Assembly (NCBI GenBank): GCA_041390825.1
Contig: JAWKPF010000004.1
Location: 129,088-193,087, forward strand
Source of the DNA: Thermomicrobiales bacterium
GTDB lineage: Bacteria > Chloroflexota > Chloroflexia > Thermomicrobiales > UBA6265
Reading direction: 5' to 3'
DNA length: 64,000 bases
A program made the translations under genes and the position numbers. The notes under the pieces were generated by a model, which was given only the letters and a program-made list of their open reading frames with translations, did not search any database and was not told the origin of the DNA. Positions within the stretch are counted from its first letter, which is position 1; each line of letters starts with the position of its first letter. Of this stretch, positions 24,377 through 34,000 are shown in pieces.

Positions 24377-25323
24377 GAGTAGCTGATCCTCGGGTCGAGC
24401 TTGGCATAGACCAAATCGGCGATGAGGTTGCCGAGGATGATCAAGACAGCGCTGAACATCAAGATCCCCATGAGCACCGGGTAGTCCCGCCGGGTGAGCG
24501 AGTCGTAGAAGAGCCGTCCCATACCCGGAAGGGAGAAGACGGTTTCGATGAAGACCACGCCGGAGAGGTAGAGGGGAATGTCGATAGCCGCTACGGTCAC
24601 GAAGGACGTGAGCGAATTGCGCAGCACATGACGTGAGAGGACCGTTCGGTCGGCCAGCCCTTTGGCGCGGGCTGTGCGCACATAGTCGTGCTGAAGGGTT
24701 TCGATGGTGGAGGAACGGATATACCGGCTCCAGACAGCCACGCTGCCGATCGCCAGGGTGATTGCCGGCAAGATGAGATGCTCGATGGTGTCGAGTGTTC
24801 CCGGATCTTGCGGATCGTGCAGCCCACTGGAAGGAAGCCAGCCAAGCTTGACCGAAAAGATGAGTTGCAACATGAGCCCGAACCAGAAGACGGGCATGGC
24901 CAAACCGAAGTAGGCGATGATGGCCGTGACGTTGTCGAACCAGCCGTAGGGGTTGACGGCCGCGAAGACGCCGAAGAGCAATGCGACCACAAGCGCCAAC
25001 ATGAGGCCAATGGTGACGAGCAGTACGGTGTTCGGGAAGGCATCCCAGATGGCTTCGGTGACCGGGCGGTTCTGGACGTAGGAAAGACCGAGATCGCCGC
25101 GCAGCAGGTTCTGGATCCACTTGGCGAACTGCACGGGGATGGGTTGGTCGATGCCGAGGCGCGCGCGGATGGCGGCCAGGCGCTCGTCCGTCATGCGCGG
25201 GCTGCGGGCGTAGGTGGCGTCGGGACCGCCCGGCGCCACCTGCATCAGGATGAAGGAGATCACCGCTACCCCGAAGAGCAGCGGGATCGCCCCAAGCAAC
25301 CGCCGAATGAGAAAGCTACCCAT
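24373..25323 (-). CDS. Peptide/nickel ABC transporter permease (DppB/OppB type)
   Basis: N-terminus MGSFLIRRLLGAIPLLFGV. EAA-loop region YVRTARAKGL. Confidence 0.9.
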   Translation of the reverse strand: MGSFLIRRLLGAIPLLFGVAVISFILMQVAPGGPDATYARSPRMTDERLAAIRARLGIDQPIPVQFAKWIQNLLRGDLGLSYVQNRPVTEAIWDAFPNTVLLVTIGLMLALVVALLFGVFAAVNPYGWFDNVTAIIAYFGLAMPVFWFGLMLQLIFSVKLGWLPSSGLHDPQDPGTLDTIEHLILPAITLAIGSVAVWSRYIRSSTIETLQHDYVRTARAKGLADRTVLSRHVLRNSLTSFVTVAAIDIPLYLSGVVFIETVFSLPGMGRLFYDSLTRRDYPVLMGILMFSAVLIILGNLIADLVYAKLDPRISYS

Positions 25324-25343
25324 GAGCTAGCACGCTGCATGCG

Positions 25344-25474
25344 GCAGGCAGCACGCAGATTTCAGGGTAATCTGCGCCGCGTACTACCCGAACGATGGGC
25401 CGCATATGAGCCTCTCCCTCATAAACTCAGACGGATCACAATCCCGCTGCGTGCTGCGTGCTGCGTGCTGCGTG
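25344..25474. repeat. Intercistronic inverted repeat built from GCAGCAC-type heptads (GCAGCACGCAG at 25348-25358; CTGCGTGCTGC at 25447-25457, within a GCTGCGT x4 array)
   Basis: Read directly. The arms are exact reverse complements over 11 nt and flank about 88 nt between the SBP stop and the permease start. Confidence 0.8.
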
Positions 25475-27337
25475 CTACTCCGTCAGGTACCACTTGTTGG
25501 CGTTCCAGAAGATGGAGTTGAAGGTGGTGGGCAGGAAGCCGCCGACGTTGTTTGCCACGGCGGAGAACTGCTTGTCCCAGTAGATGAAGATAGTCGGGAC
25601 CTGCTCGTTGAGGAGCTTCTGGGAGGCGAAATAGGCTTCCTTGCGCTTGTCCTGGTCGAGCTCGGCGACGGCGGGGTCGATGATGGCGTCGATCTCTTCC
25701 TGGAAGTTGAAGTGGAAGAAGTACGCCTGCACGTTGCCGCCGGAACCGGTTGGCGTGTCCGGAATGTATTGCGAGCTCCAGTACCAGGTGTTGTCTGGGT
25801 CGGCGGTGTTGTACCAGGCATACATGCCGGCGGTCATCGCTTCGGTGAACTGGTAGCCCTCTGGGCCGAAGATGGTGGAAACATCCTCGAACTTCTGCTC
25901 GGTCTTGACGCCGATGTCGCCCCAGGCCTGGGCCACGACCTGCAGGATGAGCTCGTTTTCCTGGCTACCCGAAGGAGCCCAGAGCTCGATCGCGAGCGGC
26001 TTGACCGGGCCGGTCTTGTCGGTCATCTCGTCGATGCCGTCTTCCGGGGTCGGTGTCGGGCCGGTCCAGACACCGTCTTCCATTGTCAGCCCAGCTTCTT
26101 CCAGCAGCGCTTTCGCCTTGTCCGGATCGTATGGGGTCGGCTGCAGATCGGGGTCCCACGCCCAGGTTTGCGGCGTGGTGTCCGCGGCGCTGGGGAGGAC
26201 GTTGTTCTTCATCAGTTGCTCGATGATCTGCTGTTTCGGGGTGGCGTAGTCGAGCGCCTGGCGCACACGGGGATCGCGCAAGTGGTCGATGATCTTGAGG
26301 TCGAAATGCTTCCAGGCCGGTGAGGGGGTTTCCAGGATGGAGATGTTCTCGATGCCGAGCGCCTCTTCCAGCCGAAGCGCGCTGATGGCCGAATCGCTGC
26401 TGGCTACCTGGATTTCGCCGGTACGCAACTGAACGAGCTGGGTATTGTCGTCCGGCACGATGGCGTAGATCAGTTTGTCGAGGATGGCTTTGTCGCCCCA
26501 GTAGTCGTCGAAGCGCACGAATGAGATCTGCTGTTGCGGCACCCACTCTTCGAGCTTGAAGGGACCAGTGCCGATGAGGGCGCGGCCGAAGTCTGCGCCG
26601 AAGGCAACGGGGTCGGCGACCGCGCTGGACGGGACGATGGGCGCGATACCGGTGGAGGAGATGAAGGGCGCGTACGGCTCGGCGGTGGTGATGGTGACCT
26701 GTTTGCCATCCTCAGAGGCGGTGACTTCGGTAACGAGGTCCCAGCTGAAGGTGTTGTACGTGCCGAAATCCGGGTTGTTGACGATCTTCCAGGTGTTGAT
26801 GACATCATCGGCCACGAAATCCTCGCCGTTGTGCCATTTCACGCCTTCGCGCAGGGTGAAGGTGTAGGAGAGGCCATCCTCGGAGATCGAGTACTCGGTC
26901 GCCAGGCGGGGTTGTGGGGCCAGGTTCTCATCGAGCGCCACGAGTCCTTCCATGGGGGCGCTGAACATGTCGAAGCCGATCTGGAGCTGGGTGAGGTAGG
27001 GGTGGAGCGTGTCCGGTTCGCCATGGCCGCCGAGCAACAGGGCGCCTCCTGCAACCTGGGCGCCTTCTGGAGCGGTTGGTCCTTCCACCGGGACGGTGGA
27101 GCCGTCCTGGTTGCGCAGCAACGTGGCAGCGCCGCGCCCGCCAGCGGCGGCCTGGGTGTCGTTGGCGGCGCGCAGCAGGACGCCGAGAACGGCCGCGCCG
27201 ATGCCGAGCTGCCCGGCCCGTTCGATCAGTTGGCGGCGGGTAATGCGCCGGTCGATGCGGGCCTGCACGATTTCATCAACGGTGGAAAGCGACGCCGGGT
27301 CGATCGGCGCGCCTGGCCGAGCGGTCATTCGGATCAT
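25475..27337 (-). CDS. Peptide/nickel ABC transporter substrate-binding protein (family 5)
   Basis: AGAGGAGG RBS before ATG 27337. RR-containing leader (RRITRRQLIERAGQLGIGAAVLG). Family-5 length and motifs. First gene of the operon. Confidence 0.85.
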   Translation of the reverse strand: MIRMTARPGAPIDPASLSTVDEIVQARIDRRITRRQLIERAGQLGIGAAVLGVLLRAANDTQAAAGGRGAATLLRNQDGSTVPVEGPTAPEGAQVAGGALLLGGHGEPDTLHPYLTQLQIGFDMFSAPMEGLVALDENLAPQPRLATEYSISEDGLSYTFTLREGVKWHNGEDFVADDVINTWKIVNNPDFGTYNTFSWDLVTEVTASEDGKQVTITTAEPYAPFISSTGIAPIVPSSAVADPVAFGADFGRALIGTGPFKLEEWVPQQQISFVRFDDYWGDKAILDKLIYAIVPDDNTQLVQLRTGEIQVASSDSAISALRLEEALGIENISILETPSPAWKHFDLKIIDHLRDPRVRQALDYATPKQQIIEQLMKNNVLPSAADTTPQTWAWDPDLQPTPYDPDKAKALLEEAGLTMEDGVWTGPTPTPEDGIDEMTDKTGPVKPLAIELWAPSGSQENELILQVVAQAWGDIGVKTEQKFEDVSTIFGPEGYQFTEAMTAGMYAWYNTADPDNTWYWSSQYIPDTPTGSGGNVQAYFFHFNFQEEIDAIIDPAVAELDQDKRKEAYFASQKLLNEQVPTIFIYWDKQFSAVANNVGGFLPTTFNSIFWNANKWYLTE

Positions 27338-27426
27338 TAGGGCCTCCTCTTTGGGCTCGGAATGAAGTAGATTCCGGGTAGGGTAGCACTTCGTTCGTTT
27401 CACAGGATTGCCTAAGGTTACGTCTT

Positions 27427-28218
27427 TTGGCTGAGAAATCAATGAACGGGCGACCATTTGCCGATGGCAGCGCCGGCGATGTGAATTACGCGGCGATTGG
27501 ACGCGACTATGCGGTCTATCGCAGACCCGATCCGCAGATTGCCGCCCGGATTCTGAACGCATTGGGCGATGCGGAAACGGTGCTCAATGTGGGCGCCGGA
27601 CCGGGCGGCTATGAGCCGCGTGACCGGCAGGTGACCGCGGTGGAGCCCTCGGCCACGATGCGCGCGCAACGCCCACCCGATCTTCCCCCGGCGATCGATG
27701 CCGTGGCGGAGGCATTGCCGTTTCCCGACGATTCGTTCGATGCGGTGATGGCGAGTTCGACCGTGCACCAGTGGTCCGATCTGGCGCAAGGGATCGCCGA
27801 GATGAAGCGGGTGTCCCGCGGGCCGGTGGTCGTCACGGTCTCGGACCCGGACCGGATGCACGATTTTTGGCTGGCGGAGTATTTCCCGGAACCGCTCGAT
27901 GTGGAGCGAGGGCGTTTTCCCAGGATCGAACGGTTGGTGGAGCTGTTGGGCCCGGGAACGATCGTGGAATCGATTCCCATTCCGCTCGATTGCACGGACG
28001 GATTCACCGAGGCGTACTACGGGCGGCCGGAACGCCTGCTGGAGCCGGGGGTGCAGGGTGCGATGTCGTCGTGGACGCTGGCCGATGCGGGCGCGTTGCG
28101 CCAGTTCGAGGAGCGGCTCAGCGCCGATCTGGCTTCCGGCGCCTGGGATGCGCGTTGGGGGTACTTGCGCACCCAACCCTTCTATGACGGATCATTTCGT
28201 CTCGTCGTCCGCCCGTAA
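27427..28218 (+). CDS. Class I SAM-dependent methyltransferase
   Basis: Motif I VLNVGAGPGGY. Post-I acidic residue and FDAVMAS motif. The start could be 27442. Confidence 0.75.
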   Translation: MAEKSMNGRPFADGSAGDVNYAAIGRDYAVYRRPDPQIAARILNALGDAETVLNVGAGPGGYEPRDRQVTAVEPSATMRAQRPPDLPPAIDAVAEALPFPDDSFDAVMASSTVHQWSDLAQGIAEMKRVSRGPVVVTVSDPDRMHDFWLAEYFPEPLDVERGRFPRIERLVELLGPGTIVESIPIPLDCTDGFTEAYYGRPERLLEPGVQGAMSSWTLADAGALRQFEERLSADLASGAWDARWGYLRTQPFYDGSFRLVVRP

Positions 28219-28237
28219 TCCCGGGAGCGTTCCATCG

Positions 28238-28849
28238 ATGAAATACACCGCGCACTTCATGCTCGAGGATCCGGAAGCGGTCAAGCGCCTCATCCGTGAG
28301 AATCCCTGGGCCACGTTTGTTTCGTCGACTGCGAACGGCCTGGTGGCATCGCACTATCCCATCCTGCTGGACGAAGATGCAGAGGAGATCGTGCTCCTGA
28401 GCCATTTCGGCAAGCCCGACGATCGGCTCCATGAGCTCGGCGAGCACGAGATGCTGGTCATCGTGCAGGGGCCGCATGGATATATCTCGCCGTCCTGGTA
28501 TGCGCCACAGGATTTCATTCCGACCTGGAATCACGTTACCGCGCATCTCTACGGGACGCCGGAGATCCTCTCGTTCGACGAGAACTTTGCCGTGCTGCAT
28601 CGCCTGGTGGATCACTTCGAAGCGGGAGTCGCGCACCCTCGCAGCTTGCATCAGGACGAGGAGTACGCGCGCAAGGTGGCGACCGGCACCGCTGGCGTTC
28701 GCCTGGTGGTGAAGCGATTCGACGCCCGGCTCAAGCTCAGCCAGAACAAAGCTCCTGAGGTGGTGGAAACCATCACGCGGGAGCTGGAGTCGGGGGATGC
28801 ATACGCGCAGCCAGCGTTGGCGCGGGAAATGCGATTGGCGCGCGAATAG
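28238..28849 (+). CDS. PaiB-family FMN-binding putative transcriptional regulator (second copy)
   Basis: MKYTAHF start. LLSHFGKPD, GPHGYISPSWY and WNHVTAHLYG are typical PaiB blocks. Confidence 0.75.
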   Translation: MKYTAHFMLEDPEAVKRLIRENPWATFVSSTANGLVASHYPILLDEDAEEIVLLSHFGKPDDRLHELGEHEMLVIVQGPHGYISPSWYAPQDFIPTWNHVTAHLYGTPEILSFDENFAVLHRLVDHFEAGVAHPRSLHQDEEYARKVATGTAGVRLVVKRFDARLKLSQNKAPEVVETITRELESGDAYAQPALAREMRLARE

Positions 28850-28876
28850 TCCGCCGCACAAACCGCGCGGCGGACT
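28848..28876. terminator. Hairpin between convergent genes (AGTCCGCCGC-9 nt-GCGGCGGACT)
   Basis: 10-bp perfect stem overlapping the stop codon. No U-tract. Confidence 0.45.
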
Positions 28877-28901
28877 CCACGGGTATATCGGGTTCCGCGC
28901 G

Positions 28902-30266
28902 TTACGAGGCGAGCGCGACGAGTACGGCCTCCTCGGCGGTGCTACCGTCGGCGAGAACGATGCCGGCGGCTTGCCCGGAGATGAAGAGCGATTCGAACTC
29001 GGGGTAGCTGTTCTGCCAGAGCATGCTGCCGGTGGCGAGATCGACCGAGGTCACCGTGGGCGCCGAGCCCTCCTGAAATGCGGGGGTAAAGGTGAGCTCG
29101 CTGACGAAGACTTGCGCCGTTCCGGTAAACGAACCGTCGACGAGCGCCTCGGGTTGCGCCCAGAGCATTTCGCCGGTTTCGCCATCGACCATGACCAGCG
29201 CGTTCAGGTAGCTCACGGATGGGCCTGCGCCGACGATATGGGTGGCGTCGGCCAGAAGGGCATCGGCGCCGATGTTCTGGTTTTTCCAGCGAACTGCGCC
29301 GGTGGCGGCGTCGTATCCGGTCGCCGATTTCACCTCGAGCGAGCCGCCCGTGGCATACACAACCGCCGGAGCCGCGCCGTTGGTGAGGTACATGCGGCCG
29401 TAGCTGCCGTCATTGGCCAGTGGGGCAGACCAGGCAATGGCGCCGGTGGCGCCGTCGAGGGTGACGAGCGCCGCGGTTGCGTCGGTCAGGACCTCAGCGG
29501 CGATCGTGCCGGAACCGTTGCCCGCGAGCTCGAGTGTTCCTCCGGTGGAGGTAGCGGTTTGGCCAACCGGCGTCTGCCAAAGGATCATGCCGGTCGTTTT
29601 GTCGAGCCCGAAGGCCTGGACGTCCTGGCCCTCGGTTTCGGGACGTCCCAGCGCGACGAGGGGACCGCCCGCGATGTTTTCCCAGTCGGACACCGAGCCA
29701 ACCGGCAGCATCTGTTGCCAGGCGATCGCGCCGTCGCTCGCGCTCACGCCAGTCAGGCTGTTGTCGACGGAGAGGACGATGATGTCGTTCTCAGTGGTGA
29801 TGATTTCTGGCCACCCCTCGTAGCCATGCACAGCGCTCCAACGCTGGTCGCCAGTGGTTTCGTCGAAGGCGTAGACCATCTGGGAGGTCGACACGATGGC
29901 GAGACCGCTGCCGGTGGTCGCGGCGGAGGTGATTTCGCCCTGGAGCTGGTCGTAGGTGACCCGCCACATCTCGGTTCCGTCGAGGATGTTCAGGCCGACG
30001 ACCGCGATATGGGAGATGGCGCAGCCGGGGGAATTGACCAGGAGGGTCGCTTCGGTTGGGGTCCAGCCGACGACCTGGTAGTTCCCTGCTCCGTCATAGG
30101 TGTAGCGCCAGCGTTCCTGCGCCTGTGGGGCTTGCGCGGCCAGCTGGGGAGGGTCGCCGCAACCGACTGCACTCGCGGTTCGCGTTGGGAGCAGGATGAC
30201 TCCCATGAGGACGAGCGGCAGCACCGCGGCGAGGACCATCCGAGACCACTGGGTTGCACGCTCCAT
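28902..30266 (-). CDS. Secreted PQQ-like (BamB-like) beta-propeller repeat protein
   Basis: GAGGAG RBS before ATG 30266. Signal peptide. Repeated G-x-x-x-W motifs (GDQRWS, GMILWQ, GAIAWS, GAVRWK, GEMLWA, GSMLWQ). Confidence 0.7.
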   Translation of the reverse strand: MERATQWSRMVLAAVLPLVLMGVILLPTRTASAVGCGDPPQLAAQAPQAQERWRYTYDGAGNYQVVGWTPTEATLLVNSPGCAISHIAVVGLNILDGTEMWRVTYDQLQGEITSAATTGSGLAIVSTSQMVYAFDETTGDQRWSAVHGYEGWPEIITTENDIIVLSVDNSLTGVSASDGAIAWQQMLPVGSVSDWENIAGGPLVALGRPETEGQDVQAFGLDKTTGMILWQTPVGQTATSTGGTLELAGNGSGTIAAEVLTDATAALVTLDGATGAIAWSAPLANDGSYGRMYLTNGAAPAVVYATGGSLEVKSATGYDAATGAVRWKNQNIGADALLADATHIVGAGPSVSYLNALVMVDGETGEMLWAQPEALVDGSFTGTAQVFVSELTFTPAFQEGSAPTVTSVDLATGSMLWQNSYPEFESLFISGQAAGIVLADGSTAEEAVLVALAS

Positions 30267-30468
30267 TTCCGAACTCCTCATCATGTAAAGCGAAGCTGAG
30301 ACTCTGTCTACGCTGTTCCCTGAAACGACGATCTGGCCCGAACGGTTCCACACCTGCAGCAGGGGTTCTTGCGGACCTCGGGCGGCCAGGGTTGTGTTCG
30401 CGTTTCGTTCGGCGTAGCATCCAAGAAAATCCCAGTCTTGTCCCGGTCCGAAATCGCGAACAAGGAGA

Positions 30469-30996
30469 GTGATCATGCGTAGATTCGCACTCATGGTTCT
30501 CGGTCTTCTCGTGCTTGGTTTGGCGGCTCCCGTTGCTGCCCAGGACGCGACGCCAGAGGCATCGCCAGTGCACATGATGGGCTCGCTGGATATCACACCG
30601 GTGGATGGGGTCGTCTCGTTCACCCTCCTGGAGATTCCCGCCTCGGACGCGGTGGTCGACCAGGCTCCGGAAGGGGATAGCGCGGGCGATATTCTGGTCT
30701 TCGCCAATGTCTTGATGGACGAATCGGGCGAGATGCAGGTCGGAGCCGACCAGGGGTGGTGCGTGCGCACCAGTGTTGCTGGCGGCGCCTGGGAATGCAC
30801 CTGGACCATCTTCCTGGAGCAGGGGCAGATCGTGAGCCAGGGTCCGTTCTTCGACGCTGGACCGTCGACCATGGCGATCACGGGTGGCACGGGCGATTTT
30901 GCCGGGGCGCGCGGTCAACTGGAATTGAGCGCGAACGAAGACGGGTTGTTCGTCTTTGCCTACACGGTCATGCTGGATGAGGAAATGCCGGGATAG
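30469..30996 (+). CDS. Secreted dirigent / allene-oxide-cyclase-like beta-barrel protein
   Basis: Signal peptide ending VAAQD. C-terminal motif AITGGTGDFAGARG is typical of dirigent/AOC-like domains. Confidence 0.55.
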   Translation: MIMRRFALMVLGLLVLGLAAPVAAQDATPEASPVHMMGSLDITPVDGVVSFTLLEIPASDAVVDQAPEGDSAGDILVFANVLMDESGEMQVGADQGWCVRTSVAGGAWECTWTIFLEQGQIVSQGPFFDAGPSTMAITGGTGDFAGARGQLELSANEDGLFVFAYTVMLDEEMPG

Positions 30997-31011
30997 GGCA
31001 TCCCGGCATTT
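30983..31011. terminator. Hairpin between convergent genes (AAATGCCGGGA-7 nt-TCCCGGCATTT)
   Basis: 11-bp perfect stem that includes the stop codon of the 30469 gene. Confidence 0.5.
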
Positions 31012-31047
31012 TCAGCGATAGAAGCGTCTTCGAGGGGACCGATCGGC

Positions 31048-34000
31048 CTATTCGTCAGCGGTCTCCTCGGGGATGATGTACGCGTTGCATGACAGCGTCT
31101 CGCCACCGATGAGCACGACCCCGATCTGCCCATCCGGACTCAGATAGGTGAGCGGATCGAAGAGCGGCTCCTGATCGAGATCGCGCTGATTGCTGGCGCA
31201 CGATGCGATAAACGCGGCTGCGGTCTCCTCGGGGAGCGATTCGGTCAGCAGCCATGGACCAGGTTTCAGCCCGGAGAAGGTCGCGACGCCGTCGTCGTCC
31301 GTGGTGTCGATTTCGACCGGTGCGACCTGAGCAGTCTCGCCGGCAAGGGCGAGCAGCGAGACCTCGATGCCGGGCGCCGGTTCGTCACAATCCTCTTGCA
31401 GATCGGACTCGGGGCCGTAAACGTCGTAGCCTTCCGGGCAGACGTACGTCGTGAGGATGAGGGTTGCCGGAGCGGTCGGATTCGGCGTGGCGATTGGAGC
31501 CGGGGTAGGCGGCTTACCCGTGCCCGGCGTGGGAGTCGGCGACGGATGATCTGGCGGGGCCAGGTTGAACCAGTAGCACTCCAATGCGTCACCGGGCGCG
31601 ACGTGCCGCTCGATGGCGAACTGCGTCACCGGCGCCGATTCGAATGCGGCCTGCTGGCTGCCCGACGTTTGAACCGCGCAGAAGACGACGGCGCTTGTGT
31701 AGCCAGCCGGTGGTGTCTCGCTGATGAACAGCGGGCCGGGCGCGACCTCTTCCCAGGCGACGCTGCCGGTCGCGTCCGTGGTCTTTGTGAGCTCGGTGGC
31801 GGGACCGCCGAGCGTGAACGAGACGCCTTCCAGCGGGGTCGAGCATTTGGTCAGCAGGGCCTGATCCGAGTCGCTGTGCGGAGGCAGATATCCCGCGGGA
31901 CAGGCGTACTTGTGGATGGTGACGGTTGCGGGCGTCGTCTCGATATTGAACCAGAAGCAACCGATGACGGTGTCTGGCGTGGCCGGGTACTCGATCGTCC
32001 CATTCGAGATTTCCAGATCGAGGTACTCAGTCGGGTCGGCGGTGGAACCGGCCGGAGCGTGCCCGCAGAAGACGCGGACCGGCTGATAGTCGGACGCCAG
32101 CTCCGTGATCAGGATTGGTCCGGGCGGCACGTCGGTGAACAAGGCATACCCGGTTGTGCCGATTGGCAGGGTGGAATCGTAAGCGGCCGCTTCATTGCGC
32201 ACCTGGAACTCCACTCCATCGATGGGGGTGCAGGCGCCGTTCAGATCGAGCTGGCTGGCATGCTGGTAGTCATAGTCAGCCGGGCAGACGCTCTTGTACA
32301 CGTAGATGTCGACCGGAGGCGCCTCGACCGCAGCCCAATAGCAGGTGATAACCGAGTGTGGCTCGGCTGGATAGGCCACCCCTTCGTCGGTAATCGTGAG
32401 CGAGGTGTAGCTGCTGGGCGATTCCCCCACCATGGCCTGTCCGCAGTTGACCGCGACGGTTTGGTACTTCGGTGACAGTTCCGAGATGCGGAGCGGCGAC
32501 GGAGGCAGCTCCTCGAAGGAGACCGTGCCTTCCTTGCCGGTTGGCAAGGTGACATCCAGCGCATCCGGGGAGGGCTCGGTGCCCGACGTGTTTCCTGCCT
32601 GCACGCGGAACGGGACGCCGGCGGGCGTTTCCGAGCATTCGGCACGTATCCGGTCGTTGGTGAGATCGGCGAGACTGATGGTCGGCGGGCAGACGCGCAT
32701 CGTGATGGCGACCTGGGCAGGCTCGACGTAGGGAACATCGAACCAATAGCATTCCAGGGTGTATCCCCCGGACAGATAGGCATAGAGCGGCTCGGCGTTG
32801 TACCGCGCGAGGCTGTCGGGTTCTCCGGCCGTGCCTGGGTAGTAGTCACACCAGGCGGCCAACGGGCGGAAGCCGTTACCAGCGACCTGTTGGATCTCGT
32901 TGAAACCAGGACTCAGGTTGGTGAACGACACGTTTCCGATAGCATCGGTCACGGCCTCGGCTGGTGTCGTGAGCGGAGCTCCAGCAGTGAAGGCAACGCC
33001 TTCGGCCCGGGGAGCGCAATCGTCCACGAGGGCTTCGGCCGACTTGTACGCGTCGGTCCCTTCCGGGCAGGTGTAGGTGTGCAGCGTGACCGTGGCGGGA
33101 TCGGTCGAGGTTGCGCCAGCGGGCATATTCGCCCAGACGCATTCCAGGAAATAGCCGTCTTTCAACTCGGATGGCACGCTCCAGTTCTCGACGGTTACGG
33201 GGTCCAGGCTGCCAGTCGCTCCGGCTCCCACGAGCGTAAAGCGGCAGAACACCTTGGGCGGATCGTAGCCCTCACGCGGGAGTTCCGAGATGCGGAAGAT
33301 GCCTGGCGGGATGTCGGCGAACCGCGCAATGCCGTCTGCGCCGGTAATCGCGCTGATGGTCGTCTCTCCGTATGCGATCTTGAACTCGACACCGGGTTCG
33401 GAGGAGCAGTACATCGCGATTTCGATGTAGTTCGAACTGATTGCCGAAAAGCCCGGTGGGCAGATTCGCTTGTCCACATAGACCGATCCGGCCTTTGGCG
33501 GGCTGTCCGCCTTTCCAGTTGGGACGTTGAAGAAGTGGCACTCGATCACCTTGCCGTCTTCGATGGTCGCCGCGATGCCGCCATCGGCTACGGTCTGCTC
33601 GGCATAGACGTCTGTCAGGGCGAGGGCAGGCAGCCCGACATCGGTGGTCCTGCAGAGGGCGCGTTGCAACTCCTCGCCAGCAGTGCCCGGTTCGCCGATG
33701 CCCACGTTGCCGGGCGGTAATCCTTCGAATCTGGCAATTGCGGGGCCCTTTTCGAGGCGGGTCAAAGCGGTGAACGGCGCGCCGGTGGGGTAGTAGACCG
33801 CGATAACGACGCCTTCTTGCGGTGTCGGGCAGGCCACGCGAAGTTCTTCGTATGACTTGCCGGATGGATCGAAATCATCTGGGCAGCGCCACTTGAGAAT
33901 CGTGACGTGGCCGCCATCGTCCGCTGCCTTCCCCGTCGTTGCCATAGGAACTGTGAACCACTCGCAGGAATAGACGAGGGACGGATCGACATCCGAAAGC

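Noticed and set aside
27899-28237. Upstream extension of the second paiB-like ORF (track ORF 27899-28849), overlapping the methyltransferase gene
   Set aside because: The extension is out of frame with, and overlaps, the well-supported methyltransferase. The PaiB-family N-terminus begins at the ATG at 28238 (MKYTAHF).
31048-31110. Sortase (LPXTG) or other C-terminal anchoring signal on the giant repeat protein
   Set aside because: The C-terminus reads ...SCNAYIIPEETADE, with no LPXTG-like motif, no hydrophobic tail and no positively charged end.
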